The position numbers and the translations under genes are program-made. Of a stretch of 64,000 nt of DNA, positions 30,600-40,917 are shown in pieces. Position 1 is the first letter of the stretch. The number at the start of each line of letters is the position of its first letter. This stretch comes from an uncultured Candidatus Rokubacteria bacterium. GTDB taxonomy: Bacteria; Methylomirabilota; Methylomirabilia; Rokubacteriales; DASRDR01. Location of the stretch: NCBI GenBank assembly GCA_963805625.1, contig CAWDVE010000017.1:704001-768000 (forward strand). The letters are read 5' to 3'. The notes under the pieces are model-generated. The model had not been told where the DNA came from. It saw only the letters and a program-made list of their open reading frames with translations, and did no database searches.

Positions 30600-30636
30600 G
30601 CAGCTCCCTTCGAGGACGCGGATGAACGGCGCTGGC

Positions 30637-30666
30637 AGTCTAGGGGGCGGCCTTCGCGGTTGTCAA
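30637..30666 (-). promoter_or_regulatory. Sigma70-type promoter for the GH51 gene
   Basis: TTGACA-18 nt-TAGACT on minus strand. Confidence 0.6.
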
Positions 30667-30740
30667 CGCGAGCGGGAGCTCCGAGGCGGCGGAGACGTGC
30701 TCCGCGAGCGCTCGCTGCCGCGTCGTCGCCCGTCGCGACG

Positions 30741-30769
30741 TTGACGCGCCGAGCGGCACTGACTATAGT
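30741..30769 (+). promoter_or_regulatory. Sigma70-type promoter for the sugar ABC operon
   Basis: TTGACG-17 nt-TATAGT. Confidence 0.7.
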
Positions 30770-30848
30770 CCCACCAAGGTCTCTCGCGCTGCCGAACGGC
30801 TCGATCAGATCCCATTCGCCACGCCGGATCCCGGGAGAGGAGGACGTC

Positions 30849-32135
30849 ATGGACGACGTCAGGAGCCAAGTAACCAAAGAACTCAGCCGTCGCCGATTCC
30901 TGGGGGGCGCGCTCGGCACTGCAGCCGCGCTGCCCGCGGTGGCGCGTCGAGCGTCGGCCCAGGCGAAGCCGACCATCACCTACTGGAACGGGCTCACGGG
31001 CGCCGACGGCAAGGTGATGGATGGACTGATCGAGCAGTTCACGAACGAAACCGGGATCAAGGTCGAGCAGCAGCGTATCCTCTGGCCGGACCTCTACGCG
31101 AAGCTCCAGGTCTCGGTGCCCGCCGGCGAGGGGCCGGACCTCTGTCTGATCCACACGGTCGAGGTGCCGCACTTTGCCAGCGACGGCATCCTCGACCCGA
31201 TGGAGCCGGGTTCCCTGGGGGCGAAGGGCTTCAAGGAAGAGGACTACCTGGTAGCGCCCTGGAAGGGGGGCGTCTACGAGGGGAAGCGCTACACGGTGCC
31301 GCTCGACGTGCCTCAGCACCTCCTGTACCTGAACGTGAAGGTGATGAAGGACGCCGGGCTCGCCGGACCGGACGGCCGGCCGAAGGTGCCCGCCAGCGGC
31401 GCGGAGCTCGTGGCGATGGCCAAGCAGGTCACCAAGAGTGACACGTTCGGTTTCGTCATCGGCAGCGGAACCATGGTTCCCAGGTACACGTGGGGCTTCC
31501 ATCACATGCTCTGGCAGAACGGCACGAACGTCTACGCGCCTGACCTCAAGCGTTCGGCGCTCAGCGAGCCGGCAGCGATCGAGGCGGCCGAGTTCTGGGG
31601 AGCATTCTCCGCCCAGCACAAGGTGGCGCCTCCTCCGACCGCGAACCCCCGGGACGTGTTCATTGCTGGCAAGCTCGGTCTGTGGCTGGCCGGGTCCTGG
31701 AACGTCGCCGGTCTGCGTGAGGCCAAGGTGGACTTCGCGGTGGCGCCCATGCCGCGTCTCCTGAAGGAGCCCGTCGTCTGGACGATCCCGCATCAGTACT
31801 CGTTCCCCAAGCCCAAGACTGCCGACCCGGCTAAGCGCGACGCGGCCTGGGCGCACATCCGCTGGATGACCGACCACGTGGCCGAGTGGACGCTCAAGGC
31901 CGGACAGGTCTCGGCCTTCCGGAAGGCTCATTCGGATCCGCGCATCACGAGCGATCCGGTCCTGCGCACTCTCCTGGCCCAGGCACCGAACTGGCAGGTG
32001 GGTCAGGCGACCCCGAAGTGGGTCGCGGCGGAGAACGTGACGCGCCCCGTCATCGAGACCGTCTACATCGGCCAGCGACCGGCGCGCGCCGCCATGGAGG
32101 ACCTGACGAAGCAGATCAACGCGCTGCCCACCTAG
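30849..32135 (+). CDS. Sugar ABC substrate-binding protein with Tat signal
   Basis: GAGGAGG RBS; 'SRRRFLGG'; 'WNGLTGADG','GPDL','YTVPLDV','LYLN'. Confidence 0.9.
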   Translation: MDDVRSQVTKELSRRRFLGGALGTAAALPAVARRASAQAKPTITYWNGLTGADGKVMDGLIEQFTNETGIKVEQQRILWPDLYAKLQVSVPAGEGPDLCLIHTVEVPHFASDGILDPMEPGSLGAKGFKEEDYLVAPWKGGVYEGKRYTVPLDVPQHLLYLNVKVMKDAGLAGPDGRPKVPASGAELVAMAKQVTKSDTFGFVIGSGTMVPRYTWGFHHMLWQNGTNVYAPDLKRSALSEPAAIEAAEFWGAFSAQHKVAPPPTANPRDVFIAGKLGLWLAGSWNVAGLREAKVDFAVAPMPRLLKEPVVWTIPHQYSFPKPKTADPAKRDAAWAHIRWMTDHVAEWTLKAGQVSAFRKAHSDPRITSDPVLRTLLAQAPNWQVGQATPKWVAAENVTRPVIETVYIGQRPARAAMEDLTKQINALPT

Positions 32136-32159
32136 CGGCGATATCGCCGCCCCCGTGGT

Positions 32160-33143
32160 GTGTGCGGCTCTCGGCCGAGACGCCCCAGGCTTCCCGACCG
32201 GACCTTCCGGGCGGGGCGCTCCTTGCCGGTGATTCCGGGCCGGTCCGCTCCGCGCGCCCGCCGGCCGGGATTCCTCCGGCACGGAGTCCTGACGCCGTAC
32301 CTCTTCCTGCTGCCAGGCGTCCTGCTCTTCGCCGCCTTCCGCGTCTATCCGCTCCTGGACGGGCTCCGGCTGTCATTCACCAACGCTCGCCTGGGGCGGG
32401 CCCAGTACGCCTTCGTCGGCCTCGCCAACTACGAGAGGCTCCTGGACGACAGCCGATTCCAAGTGAGCCTCCTCAACACCGCCTTCTACACCGTGGCGAG
32501 CACGCTGCCGATCCTTGCGGTGCCCCTGGTCCTCGCCGTCTTCCTGGACCGTGGCATTCCGCTCCGCACCGTCCTTCGAAGCGCGTTTTTCTTTCCCTTC
32601 ACGCTGTCCGTGGTCACTGTGGGCCTGACGTGGCTGTGGTTACTCGACCCGGTCGTGGGACCGTTCAACTACTACCTGAAGGCCGCCGGCGTGCCGGTGC
32701 GCGCATGGTTGGCCGATCCGTCGACCGCGATGTGGACGATCATCCTGACGACGGTCTGGTGGGTCACCGGCTACTACCTCGTCATCTACCTGGCGGGTCT
32801 CCAGGACATTCCACCGGAGCTCTACGAGGCGGCGGCGATCGACGGCGCGAGCGGTTGGCGGCGCTTCTGGTCGATCACCCTCCCGCTGCTTCGCCCCGTG
32901 CTCCTGTTCGTCCTGGTCACTCACATCATCGGGTCGTTCCAGATCTTCGGGCAGGTGTACATCCTCACCGATGGCGGACCCGGCGACGCCACTCGCACGG
33001 TCGTCCAGCACCTCTACGAGACCGCCTTCCGCAACTTCTTCCACTTCGGCTCGGCCACGGCGATGGCCTGGGTGCTGTTCGTTATCATCCTGGGCTTCTC
33101 GCTGCTGCAGTTCCGGCTGCTCCGCGGCCACACGGAATACTGA
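32160..33143 (+). CDS. Carbohydrate ABC permease (MalF-like)
   Basis: 'FVGLANY','YLAGLQDIPPELYEAAAIDGA','ITLPLLRP'; start uncertain. Confidence 0.92.
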   Translation: MCGSRPRRPRLPDRTFRAGRSLPVIPGRSAPRARRPGFLRHGVLTPYLFLLPGVLLFAAFRVYPLLDGLRLSFTNARLGRAQYAFVGLANYERLLDDSRFQVSLLNTAFYTVASTLPILAVPLVLAVFLDRGIPLRTVLRSAFFFPFTLSVVTVGLTWLWLLDPVVGPFNYYLKAAGVPVRAWLADPSTAMWTIILTTVWWVTGYYLVIYLAGLQDIPPELYEAAAIDGASGWRRFWSITLPLLRPVLLFVLVTHIIGSFQIFGQVYILTDGGPGDATRTVVQHLYETAFRNFFHFGSATAMAWVLFVIILGFSLLQFRLLRGHTEY

Positions 33144-34057
33144 TGACATCGACCCCGACCCGGGGGCCGCGCCGCGAGGCTCCTCTCTCCCGGCATACCG
33201 GGAGTCCCCCGGGTCGCGCCCGCGCGGCGCGGCGCAACGTTCTGGCGCTCGTGATGACCGTCATCGCGGTGCTGTGGCTCCTGCCGGTGCTCTGGGTGCT
33301 CGTGACTTCTCTGAAGCTGACCGAGAACATCATTCGGGTGCCGCCCGAGTGGATCCCCTGGCCGGTCACACTCGCGCACTACGGCGAGGTGCTCTTCTCG
33401 TCGTCGCGGACCGCGCGGATCGGGCGCGCGTTCCTCAACAGCACGATCGTGTCGCTCGGCACAGTGGCCGTGGTCTTGCTCACGAGCGCCATGACCGCCT
33501 ACCCGCTGGCGCGCATGCAGTTCCGTGGCCGGAACGTGATCTTCGCCCTGCTCGTCGGCAGCCTGATGATCCCGAACGCCGTGGTCCTCGTGCCGCAGTA
33601 CGTGCTCACCCAGCGCCTCGGCTGGCTCTCGACGTACCAGGGACTCATCGTCCCCGAGGCCGCGATGACGTTCGCCTTCGGCGTGTTCCTGCTGCGCCAG
33701 TTCTTCCTGACGATCCCCCGGGAGCTCGAGGACGCCGCCCGGATCGACGGGGCCGGGACCTGGCGCGTGTTCACGCGCATCGTGCTGCCGCTGTCCCAGC
33801 CGGTGCTGGCGGCGCTGGCGATCTTCGCCTTCCGGTCGGCCTGGAACGACTTCCTCTGGCCGCTGATCGCGGTGAACCGACCCGAGATGTTCCCGCTCCC
33901 GGTGGCGCTCGCCCTTCTCCGGGGGGCGTACACGTCCGAGTCCTACGGGCCGATCATGGCGGGGGCGACGCTGTCGGCGCTGCCGCTCCTCCTCGTTTTC
34001 CTCGTCGCCAACCGGCGTATCGTGGAGGGGGTGCGCGTGAGCGGGCTCAAAGGCTGA
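33143..34057 (+). CDS. Carbohydrate ABC permease (MalG-like)
   Basis: TGATG overlap; 'LLRQFFLTIPRELEDAARIDGA','WNDFLWPLI'. Confidence 0.92.
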   Translation: MTSTPTRGPRREAPLSRHTGSPPGRARAARRNVLALVMTVIAVLWLLPVLWVLVTSLKLTENIIRVPPEWIPWPVTLAHYGEVLFSSSRTARIGRAFLNSTIVSLGTVAVVLLTSAMTAYPLARMQFRGRNVIFALLVGSLMIPNAVVLVPQYVLTQRLGWLSTYQGLIVPEAAMTFAFGVFLLRQFFLTIPRELEDAARIDGAGTWRVFTRIVLPLSQPVLAALAIFAFRSAWNDFLWPLIAVNRPEMFPLPVALALLRGAYTSESYGPIMAGATLSALPLLLVFLVANRRIVEGVRVSGLKG

Positions 34058-34073
34058 GGGAGGGATCATCACC

Positions 34074-35186
34074 ATGACGAGGACGATTGCGATAGATCGG
34101 CGGAAGCCGCTGGCCGAGGAGCCCCGCACGGGGCACAACCGCTGGCACCCCGACATCGAGCCGATCGTGGAGGTGGGCGAGGGCGAGGACGTGACGCTCG
34201 AGACCCGTGATGCCTGCGACGGGCACCTCACGCCCCGCTCGACCGTCGCGGACCTCGCGAGCCTCCCCGCGGGCGCCATCCACCCGCTGACCGGCCCCGT
34301 GTCCGTGAAGGGCGCCCGCCCCGGCGACCTCCTGGAGATCGAGTTCCGCGACATCGTGCCCCAGCCGTGGGCGTTCAGCGCGATCATCCCGGGGCTCGGC
34401 TATCTCCGCGACGTCATGGCGACCCCGTTCCTCGTCCACTGGACCATCGCCGACGGCTGGGCGACCTCGCCCCAGCTGCCGGGCGTCCGCATTCCCGGCG
34501 CCTCCTTCATGGGCGTCTCCGGCGTGGCGCCCTCGCGAGCCCAGGCGGAGGCGTGGGCCCGGCGGGAGGCCGATGTTGCGGCGCGCGGGGGCATCGCGCT
34601 CCCGCCGGACGCGGGCGGCGCGGTCCCGGCCCGTGGCGGAGCGGCCATCTACGGGCTCCGGACGCTCCCGCCCCGCGAGAACGGGGGCAACTTCGACGTG
34701 AAGCAGCTGACGCGCGGGTCGCGGCTCTACCTGCCCGTCGCCGTGGACGGAGCCCTTTTCTCGACCGGCGACGGCCACTTCGCCCAGGGCGACGGCGAGG
34801 TCTGCGTGACGGCGGTCGAGATGGGAGCGACGTGCGTGGTGCGCTTCCGCGTCCACAGGGGTGAGGCCGCACGACGCGGCATCCGCTGGCCGCGGTTCGC
34901 GCACGGCGACTACTTCACGGATCCCCGCTGGGCCGCGCCCCGGCACTTCGTCGCGACGATGGGGATGCCGGTGGACGCGCAGGGGGTCAACCACGGCGAG
35001 GACCTGAACCTCGCGTGCCGCAATGCGCTCCTGGCCATGCTGGATCTCCTGGGAGAGCGGGGCTTCAGCCGCGAGCAGGCCTACGTGATCGCGAGCGTGG
35101 CGGTCGACCTGAGAATCAGCAACGTCGTGGACGTCCCCAACGTGGTCGTCTCCGCACTCCTGCCGGAGGACATCTTCCAACGCTGA
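34074..35186 (+). CDS. Acetamidase/formamidase family protein
   Basis: 'HNRWHPDI','HPLTGP','PPRENGGNFD','GDGHFAQGDGEVC.TAVE','VVDVPN'. Confidence 0.92.
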   Translation: MTRTIAIDRRKPLAEEPRTGHNRWHPDIEPIVEVGEGEDVTLETRDACDGHLTPRSTVADLASLPAGAIHPLTGPVSVKGARPGDLLEIEFRDIVPQPWAFSAIIPGLGYLRDVMATPFLVHWTIADGWATSPQLPGVRIPGASFMGVSGVAPSRAQAEAWARREADVAARGGIALPPDAGGAVPARGGAAIYGLRTLPPRENGGNFDVKQLTRGSRLYLPVAVDGALFSTGDGHFAQGDGEVCVTAVEMGATCVVRFRVHRGEAARRGIRWPRFAHGDYFTDPRWAAPRHFVATMGMPVDAQGVNHGEDLNLACRNALLAMLDLLGERGFSREQAYVIASVAVDLRISNVVDVPNVVVSALLPEDIFQR

Positions 35187-35427
35187 GGCAATCAGGCTTG
35201 AGGCGGTAACCACCGGCCGCTACTGTCGTTCATGAACCTCATCGTTCCGCCGGATGCGGCGGACGAACACTGCCTCCCAGTGGTCGGCCAGCAAGCTGAG
35301 TCGCCCTGACCACGGACTGGCGGCGATGATCAGTCGTATCGATCCAGGAACGCGAGGAAGACCGGTTCCGGCGTCACGGACGCGGTTGCCCATACCCACC
35401 TCGTCGGCGGTCCGACTCGCGTCCGGA

Positions 35428-35844
35428 TCAGGCGGGTACGATTCGGAAGCGGCGCCGTCCGCGAATCCGGTAGACGCTGAAATCCCGGCGATCAGTCGTA
35501 AAGACCAAGTCGGTTTCGATCTCTTCGGCAAGCACCACCAGCATCGCGTCGGCGTAGTCCATGGAAAGGCTGGCGTACTGCTCGATCAGCTCGCGAGCCC
35601 GGCGCAAGGAGGCTGGAGTAGTCGGGACCAGCAGGGCGCCCCCCGCCAGGAAGAAGTCGAGGCAGGAGCGACGCCCGCCAGGAATTCCACCGAGCAGGTG
35701 GGTTGCTTCGGTGAGAACCGCTTCGGAGCTGAGGACCGACCCCTCCCAGGACTCGAAGAAGCGCGCGCACGCCTGGTGATCACGCTGGGTCCGGTCAAGG
35801 AGGGAGACGAGCGCTCCGGTGTCCAGCAAAAGATCACCGGCCAC
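35428..35844 (-). CDS. vapC: PIN-domain (VapC-like) toxin
   Basis: 'LLDTGALV','VLTEA','MDYADA','FTTDRRDF.VYR'. Confidence 0.88.
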   Translation of the reverse strand: MAGDLLLDTGALVSLLDRTQRDHQACARFFESWEGSVLSSEAVLTEATHLLGGIPGGRRSCLDFFLAGGALLVPTTPASLRRARELIEQYASLSMDYADAMLVVLAEEIETDLVFTTDRRDFSVYRIRGRRRFRIVPA

Positions 35845-36103
35845 GGGTGACCCGCCGGCGAGTCAACGACCTCAGCACGTATTCGCGGTGTCGAGCGGCC
35901 AGATCGGGAACGCCGGACACCAGCGCCCCGACCAGGCCTCGGACCCGATCGATCGGGCGCCCAGGTAGCTGGCTCGATCCCCCGAGGAACTCGCGCAGCG
36001 CCAGCCGGACGATGTCGGAGCTTCCACGCTGCATCCGGCGGGTGGCGGCCTTCAAGGCGCGGTCGAGATCGTCAGGTAGCCGCACCGTGAGCTGGCTTCG
36101 CAT
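35834..36103 (-). CDS. RHH/CopG antitoxin
   Basis: GGAGG RBS; 'QLTVRLPDDL...SSDIVRLALREFL','SGVPDLA.RH'; overlaps toxin start. Confidence 0.82.
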   Translation of the reverse strand: MRSQLTVRLPDDLDRALKAATRRMQRGSSDIVRLALREFLGGSSQLPGRPIDRVRGLVGALVSGVPDLAARHREYVLRSLTRRRVTRGR

Positions 36104-36176
36104 AGGGTCCTCCGACAGCAATGTAACACAGTGCAGTGCAAGAATCAGCTCGGACCCGAGGACCCATGCGCTCGAG

Positions 36177-36290
36177 ATATCGAGTAAGGCGTGCAGGAGA
36201 CCGGTGTCGGCGAGGTACCTTCGGCGTCTTCGGAGCATGAAATCCTGTCGATGATGGACAGATAGTGTCGGAGGGTACGCGGGCGACAAC
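36177..36290 (-). pseudogene. Relic of AAA_14/DUF4143 ATPase
   Basis: Across frames: 'TLRHYLSII','FMLRR','KTPKV','YLADTGLLHALLDI'. Confidence 0.55.
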
Positions 36291-36415
36291 CCCCGCCACG
36301 GCTGACCGCCAGCCCGCAAGGGCACGATGATCGAGACGATGGCGGCTGTGATCCCTGGGCGACCTCTCGCGAGTTTCCCCCGGCCGGATCGGTGCCAACC
36401 GACGCCGCGGAGCGG

Positions 36416-37198
36416 CTACCAGAGCGTGTAGCCGCCGTCGATGACGAGGACCGCACCGGTCATGTAGCGGGACGCGTCGCTCGCGAGGTAGATGGCGAGC
36501 GGCGCGAGATCCTCCGGCTCGCCGTACTCCCCCATCGGCACCTGCGCCTTGAACGTCTCGATGATGGCCGGGTTGACGCTCTTCCAGCGGAGGTTCGGGG
36601 CGGTCATGAACCCGCCGGGCGCGATGGCGTTCACGGTGATCCGGTGAGGCGCCCAGTCGGCCGCGACCGCCCGCGTGAATGCGATCACCGCCGCCTTGCC
36701 CGTCTCGTAGCTCCGCCCGCCGATGCCGCGGTTCGCGATGAGGCCGGAGACCGACGCGATGTTGATGATTCGGCCTCCCCGGCCTCGGCCGATCATCGCC
36801 CCGCCGAGTATCTTGGTACAGACGAAGGTGCTCGTGAGGTTCAGATCGATGAGCGTCTGCCAGGTCTCGACGGGCATGTCCTGGGTGGGGATGTCGACGC
36901 GCCGGCCGCCGACGTTGTTGATCAGGATGTCGACAGGCCCGTGCTCGGCGAGCGCCGTCTGGCACGCGCGCTCGGCCTCCGCGGGTTGCCCGACGTCGGC
37001 CTGGATCGTGATGGCCTCCCGGCCCCGTGCCCGGATCTCGGTGGCCGTGTGGTCGAGAGCCGCCTGCTCCCGTCCCACCAGGATTAGGTTCGCCCCCGCC
37101 TCGGCGAGGCCCAGCGCCATCTCGCGCCCGAGCCCACGGCTGCCGCCGGTGACGAACGCGCGCTTGCCGTCCAGTCGGAATCGATCGAGGACTCCCAT
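36416..37198 (-). CDS. Short-chain dehydrogenase/reductase (gluconate 5-dehydrogenase-like)
   Basis: TGGSRGLG, NNVG, 'NIAS', YxxxK 'YETGK', 'VNAIAPG', 'IDGG'. Confidence 0.92.
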   Translation of the reverse strand: MGVLDRFRLDGKRAFVTGGSRGLGREMALGLAEAGANLILVGREQAALDHTATEIRARGREAITIQADVGQPAEAERACQTALAEHGPVDILINNVGGRRVDIPTQDMPVETWQTLIDLNLTSTFVCTKILGGAMIGRGRGGRIINIASVSGLIANRGIGGRSYETGKAAVIAFTRAVAADWAPHRITVNAIAPGGFMTAPNLRWKSVNPAIIETFKAQVPMGEYGEPEDLAPLAIYLASDASRYMTGAVLVIDGGYTLW

Positions 37199-37324
37199 GC
37201 CAGGCACCTTCCTTCCGGCCCGCATCGCCGGCCTGTCGACGCCGGCGCAGCGGCGCTCGTGTCGCGCGACGCGCGCGCGGCCGAGCCCGCACGCGGGAGG
37301 CGGCCGCGGCAACCTTGCTTCGAG

Positions 37325-38866
37325 CTACTTCGGCGTCACGCCCATGTTCGTGACGCGGATCGTCTGGTCCGGGCGCGGGAGGAAGCCCTGCACCCACCCC
37401 TGGACGCCGTAGAGGTCGTCCAGGCTGTAGAGGTAGACGGCGAAGGGCTCCCGGTTCAGCGCGACCATCGCCTCCTGCACGAACTTCGTCCGGGCGGCAT
37501 CGTCGGTTGCCTTGGCCGCCTGGTCCATCGCCGTGTCGAACGCCTTCGGCATCACGCTCGTGCGGAAGCGCCGGCCCTCGGCGAAGCTCAGCATGGAAAG
37601 GTAGCCGTCCTGCGAGAAGAGGAATCCGACTGTGAAGATGGCCGTCGTGGTGCGCGGAGTGGCGTCGAACTCGCGCGCCCACTGGGGGAAGTCCACCGCG
37701 CGCTCGTTGACCTTGAGCCCGACGGCCCGGAGGTAGCTCGCCATCGCCTCGCCGGCGGGCTTGTCGAGCGGATACCGGCCGGTCGTGTACGTGTAGTCGA
37801 TCTCGAATCCGTTCGGGTGACCAGCGTCGGCCAGGAGCTTCTTGGCCTGGGCGGGGTCGAACGGGTAGGCCTTCAGCGTCGGGTTGTATCCGGAGTGCCA
37901 CTTGGAGAGGTGCTGCCCATCCATCGGTGTGCACCGGCCCGCGTAGATCTGCTTGCAGATCGCCGCGCGGTCGATGGCGAGGTTCATCGCCAGCCGCACG
38001 CGGGCGTCCTCGAGCGGCTTGGCCTTCGGGTTGGCGGTGTCGAAGAAGGTCGCGAACTGCCGGAGGCTCGGGACGGACAGGAGCTTGAGCCCGCTCTTGC
38101 CCTCGACGCGGGCTGCCGCCGAGTGCGGGACGTTGGGCGCGATGTCGACCTCGCCCGCCTCCAGCGCCGCCACGCGGGCGGCGTCGTCCGGGATGATGCG
38201 GTAGGTGATCGTCTTGAACTTCGGCGTCCCGCCCCAGTACGCGGGGTTGGCCACGAGCGTGATGTGGCTGTCCTTCCGGTGCTCCTTGAACACCCAGGGC
38301 CCCGTGCAGACCGGCGACTGGTTGAACGCGTCCTTGCCGCGGGCCTGGAAGTCCTTGGGGGCGACCTGGAAGCTCCCGTAGGCGAGCACGGAGACCACGT
38401 AGCCGGCGGGCTTGGTGAGCGCCAGCACGACCGTCGAGTCGTCGACGACGGTCACTTCCTTCAGGAGGTCCTTCAGCCACTGGCTGTAGTTGAACGCGGC
38501 GAAGAGCTGCTCGAGGCTGAACTTGGCCGCCGCCGCGTTGAAGGGCTCGCCGTTGCTGAACTTGACTCCGGAACGGAGCTTGAACTGGAGCCGCGTGTCG
38601 TCGAGCCACCGGTAGTCGGTGGCCAGGAGCTTCTTGATGACCGCGTTGCCCGAGCTGTCGCTGTCCCAGTAGATCAGTGGCTCGCAGATCTGGGCGAAGA
38701 CGCTGATGTACGGCGCGGTGGTGTTGAAGGGGTCGAAGTTCGGCGGGTCGACGAACTGGGCGATCGTCAGCGTGTCCCGCGCGGCGGGCTGGGCCTGGAC
38801 GGCCGCCGGCAGACTGGCCAGCAGGAGCGCGACGAGGGCGGCGAGCAGGGTCCTCTTGAGGATCAC
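37325..38866 (-). CDS. Family 5 (Dpp/Opp/Nik) ABC substrate-binding protein
   Basis: AAAGGAG RBS; signal peptide; 'LRSGVKFSNGEPFNA','TGPW','ARVAALEAGEVD','RVRLAMNLAIDR'. Confidence 0.92.
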   Translation of the reverse strand: MILKRTLLAALVALLLASLPAAVQAQPAARDTLTIAQFVDPPNFDPFNTTAPYISVFAQICEPLIYWDSDSSGNAVIKKLLATDYRWLDDTRLQFKLRSGVKFSNGEPFNAAAAKFSLEQLFAAFNYSQWLKDLLKEVTVVDDSTVVLALTKPAGYVVSVLAYGSFQVAPKDFQARGKDAFNQSPVCTGPWVFKEHRKDSHITLVANPAYWGGTPKFKTITYRIIPDDAARVAALEAGEVDIAPNVPHSAAARVEGKSGLKLLSVPSLRQFATFFDTANPKAKPLEDARVRLAMNLAIDRAAICKQIYAGRCTPMDGQHLSKWHSGYNPTLKAYPFDPAQAKKLLADAGHPNGFEIDYTYTTGRYPLDKPAGEAMASYLRAVGLKVNERAVDFPQWAREFDATPRTTTAIFTVGFLFSQDGYLSMLSFAEGRRFRTSVMPKAFDTAMDQAAKATDDAARTKFVQEAMVALNREPFAVYLYSLDDLYGVQGWVQGFLPRPDQTIRVTNMGVTPK

Positions 38867-38976
38867 GGGGCACTCCTTTCTCGGTCCGCGCGCGCTGGCC
38901 GCGGAGCCGGACGGCACGGGTGACGCGGAGACAGGGGGAATGCGGAGCAAGGGCGTCTCCTTTCCGGGCATGCCGG

Positions 38977-39907
38977 CTACGGTCCCTCGCGCCACGACAT
39001 GGGGTCGAAGGCGTCGCGAAGCCCGTCGCCGACGAAGTTCAGGGCGAACACGAGGACGGCGATCATCAGCCCGGGGACCGCAGCCGTCCACCAGGCGTCG
39101 TAGATGAAGTTCCGGCCATCGCCGATCATCCCGCCCCAGGTGACCGCGGGCGGCGAGACGCCGAGCCCGAGGAAGCTCAGCGCGGACTCCGTCAGCACCA
39201 GGCGGGAGACCTCGTAGGTGGCGACGGCCAGGAGCGGGGAGAGCACGTTCGGCAGGATGTGCCGGCGCAGGATGCCGGTCGGTCGGCACGCCGAGGGCGC
39301 GTGCCGCCTCGACGTACGGCTCCTGCCGCGCGCTGAGGGTCTGGGCCCGGACGACCCGGGCCATCGTGGACCAGCTGGTGAAGGCGAGCACGGCGACGAG
39401 CGTGAGGAGCCCACCCCGAACGATCGCGACGATCGCGACGGCCAGCGCGATGACGGGGAACGCCAGCTGGACGTCGACGAGCCAGCTCACGACCTCGTCG
39501 ACCCAGCTCCGGTAGAAGCCCGCCGCCATGCCGAGCGCGATTCCGATCAGGGTGGCGATCGCCACCGCGCCGCCGCTGATGAGGAGCGTGAGGCGCGCGG
39601 CATGGAGCGTCCGCGACACGAGGTCGCGGCCGAGGAAGTCGGTGCCGAGGAAATGCCGGTAGTCGCCCGCCCAGAACCCGGGCTGCTTGGCCTCGCCGAG
39701 GTTGATGAGGACGGGATCGTAGGGCAGCCAGGCGCTCGGCACGCATGCCATAGCGGCGATGGCCAGGGCGACCGGCAGCCCCAGCCGGCTCGCGGGATTC
39801 CGCCGGTAGGCCCGAACGCGGAGCCGCAGGAGCGACGGCGCGGCTACCGGCACGGCCCGGAGGGGTGGGTGACCCCACGTCGCGGCGGAGAGGCCGATGA
39901 GCGCCAC
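38977..39907 (-). CDS. DppC-like permease with +1 frameshift near 39276
   Basis: 'LGTDFLGRDL','YVEAARALG' | 'RHILPNV','ESALSFLGLG','WGGMI','GDGLRDAFDP'; span 3n+1. Confidence 0.85.
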
Positions 39908-39911
39908 GGGG

Positions 39912-40830
39912 TCACGAGGTCGAGATACGGGGATCGAGGACCCCGTAGAGCGAGTCGACGAGGAAGTTCACCAGTACGACCGCCGTGGCGACGACCAGCA
40001 CGGCGCTCTGCACGAGCGGGAAGTCGCGGGCGAAGATCGCGCTCACGATGAGGCGGCCGACCCCCGGCCAGGAGAAGACCGTCTCGGTCACGATCGATCC
40101 CCCGAGGAGGCTCGCGGCCTGCACGCCGAGGATCGTCAGGATCGGCAGGGCGGCGTTCCGGAGCGCGTGGCGGCCCAGCACGGCCGACTCGCGGAGTCCC
40201 TTGCTTCGCGCCGTGCGGACGTAGGCGCGGCCGATCACGTCGAGCATCGTGGCGCGGGTGACCCGCACCGTGAGGGGGAGCAGGATGAAGCTCAGGACGA
40301 TCGCGGGCAGGATCAGATGCGACCAGGTACCGCGCCCCCCGGTCGGCAGCCACCGGAGGCGCACGCTGAAGAAGAGGATCATGAGGATCGCGAGGAGGAA
40401 GTTCGGGACACCCTGGGCCACCACTACCAGGCCGCGGGCCAGCGTAGTCGACCGGGCGGTCGCGGCGGAGCGCGGCGGCGATGCCGAGCGGCACGCCGAT
40501 CAGGACGGACAGCGCCAGGCTTCCCCCGGCCAGCTCGAGCGTGGCCGGCAGCCGCTCGAGGATGATGGGCAGGATCGGCTGCTCGAACCGGAGCGACCGG
40601 CCGAAGTCGCCGACGAGGATCCCTCCGACGAAGGCGAGGTACTGCGCGGGCAGCGGGCGGTCGAGGCCGTGGAGGCGCTGGAACTCCCGCACCGCCTCGG
40701 AGCTCGCGAGCTCGCCCAGGATCAGCCGCGCGGGGTCGCCGGTCAGGCGGAGGAGGCAGAAGGTGGCGAGCGTGATCCCGATCCAGACGAGGATCAGGCG
40801 CGCCACCCGCGCCAGGAGGTACTTGGTCAC
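39912..40830 (-). CDS. DppB-like permease with +1 frameshift near 40444
   Basis: 'GLDRPL..QY','GDFGRS','RLPATLEL' | 'HLILPA','YVRTARSKGL','ETVFSWPGVG','LDPRI'; span 3n+1. Confidence 0.85.
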
Positions 40831-40917
40831 CTGTGCACCCGCTCGCTCACCGAGGCACCCGGAAGTTCATGGGACAGATCTGATCAGACGGCCTTCAGCC
40901 CATGGCGGCCTGTGGCT

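Noticed and set aside
34900-36420. Prophage, IS or integron around the TA modules
   Set aside because: No integrase, transposase, terminal inverted repeats or attC-like sites recognised
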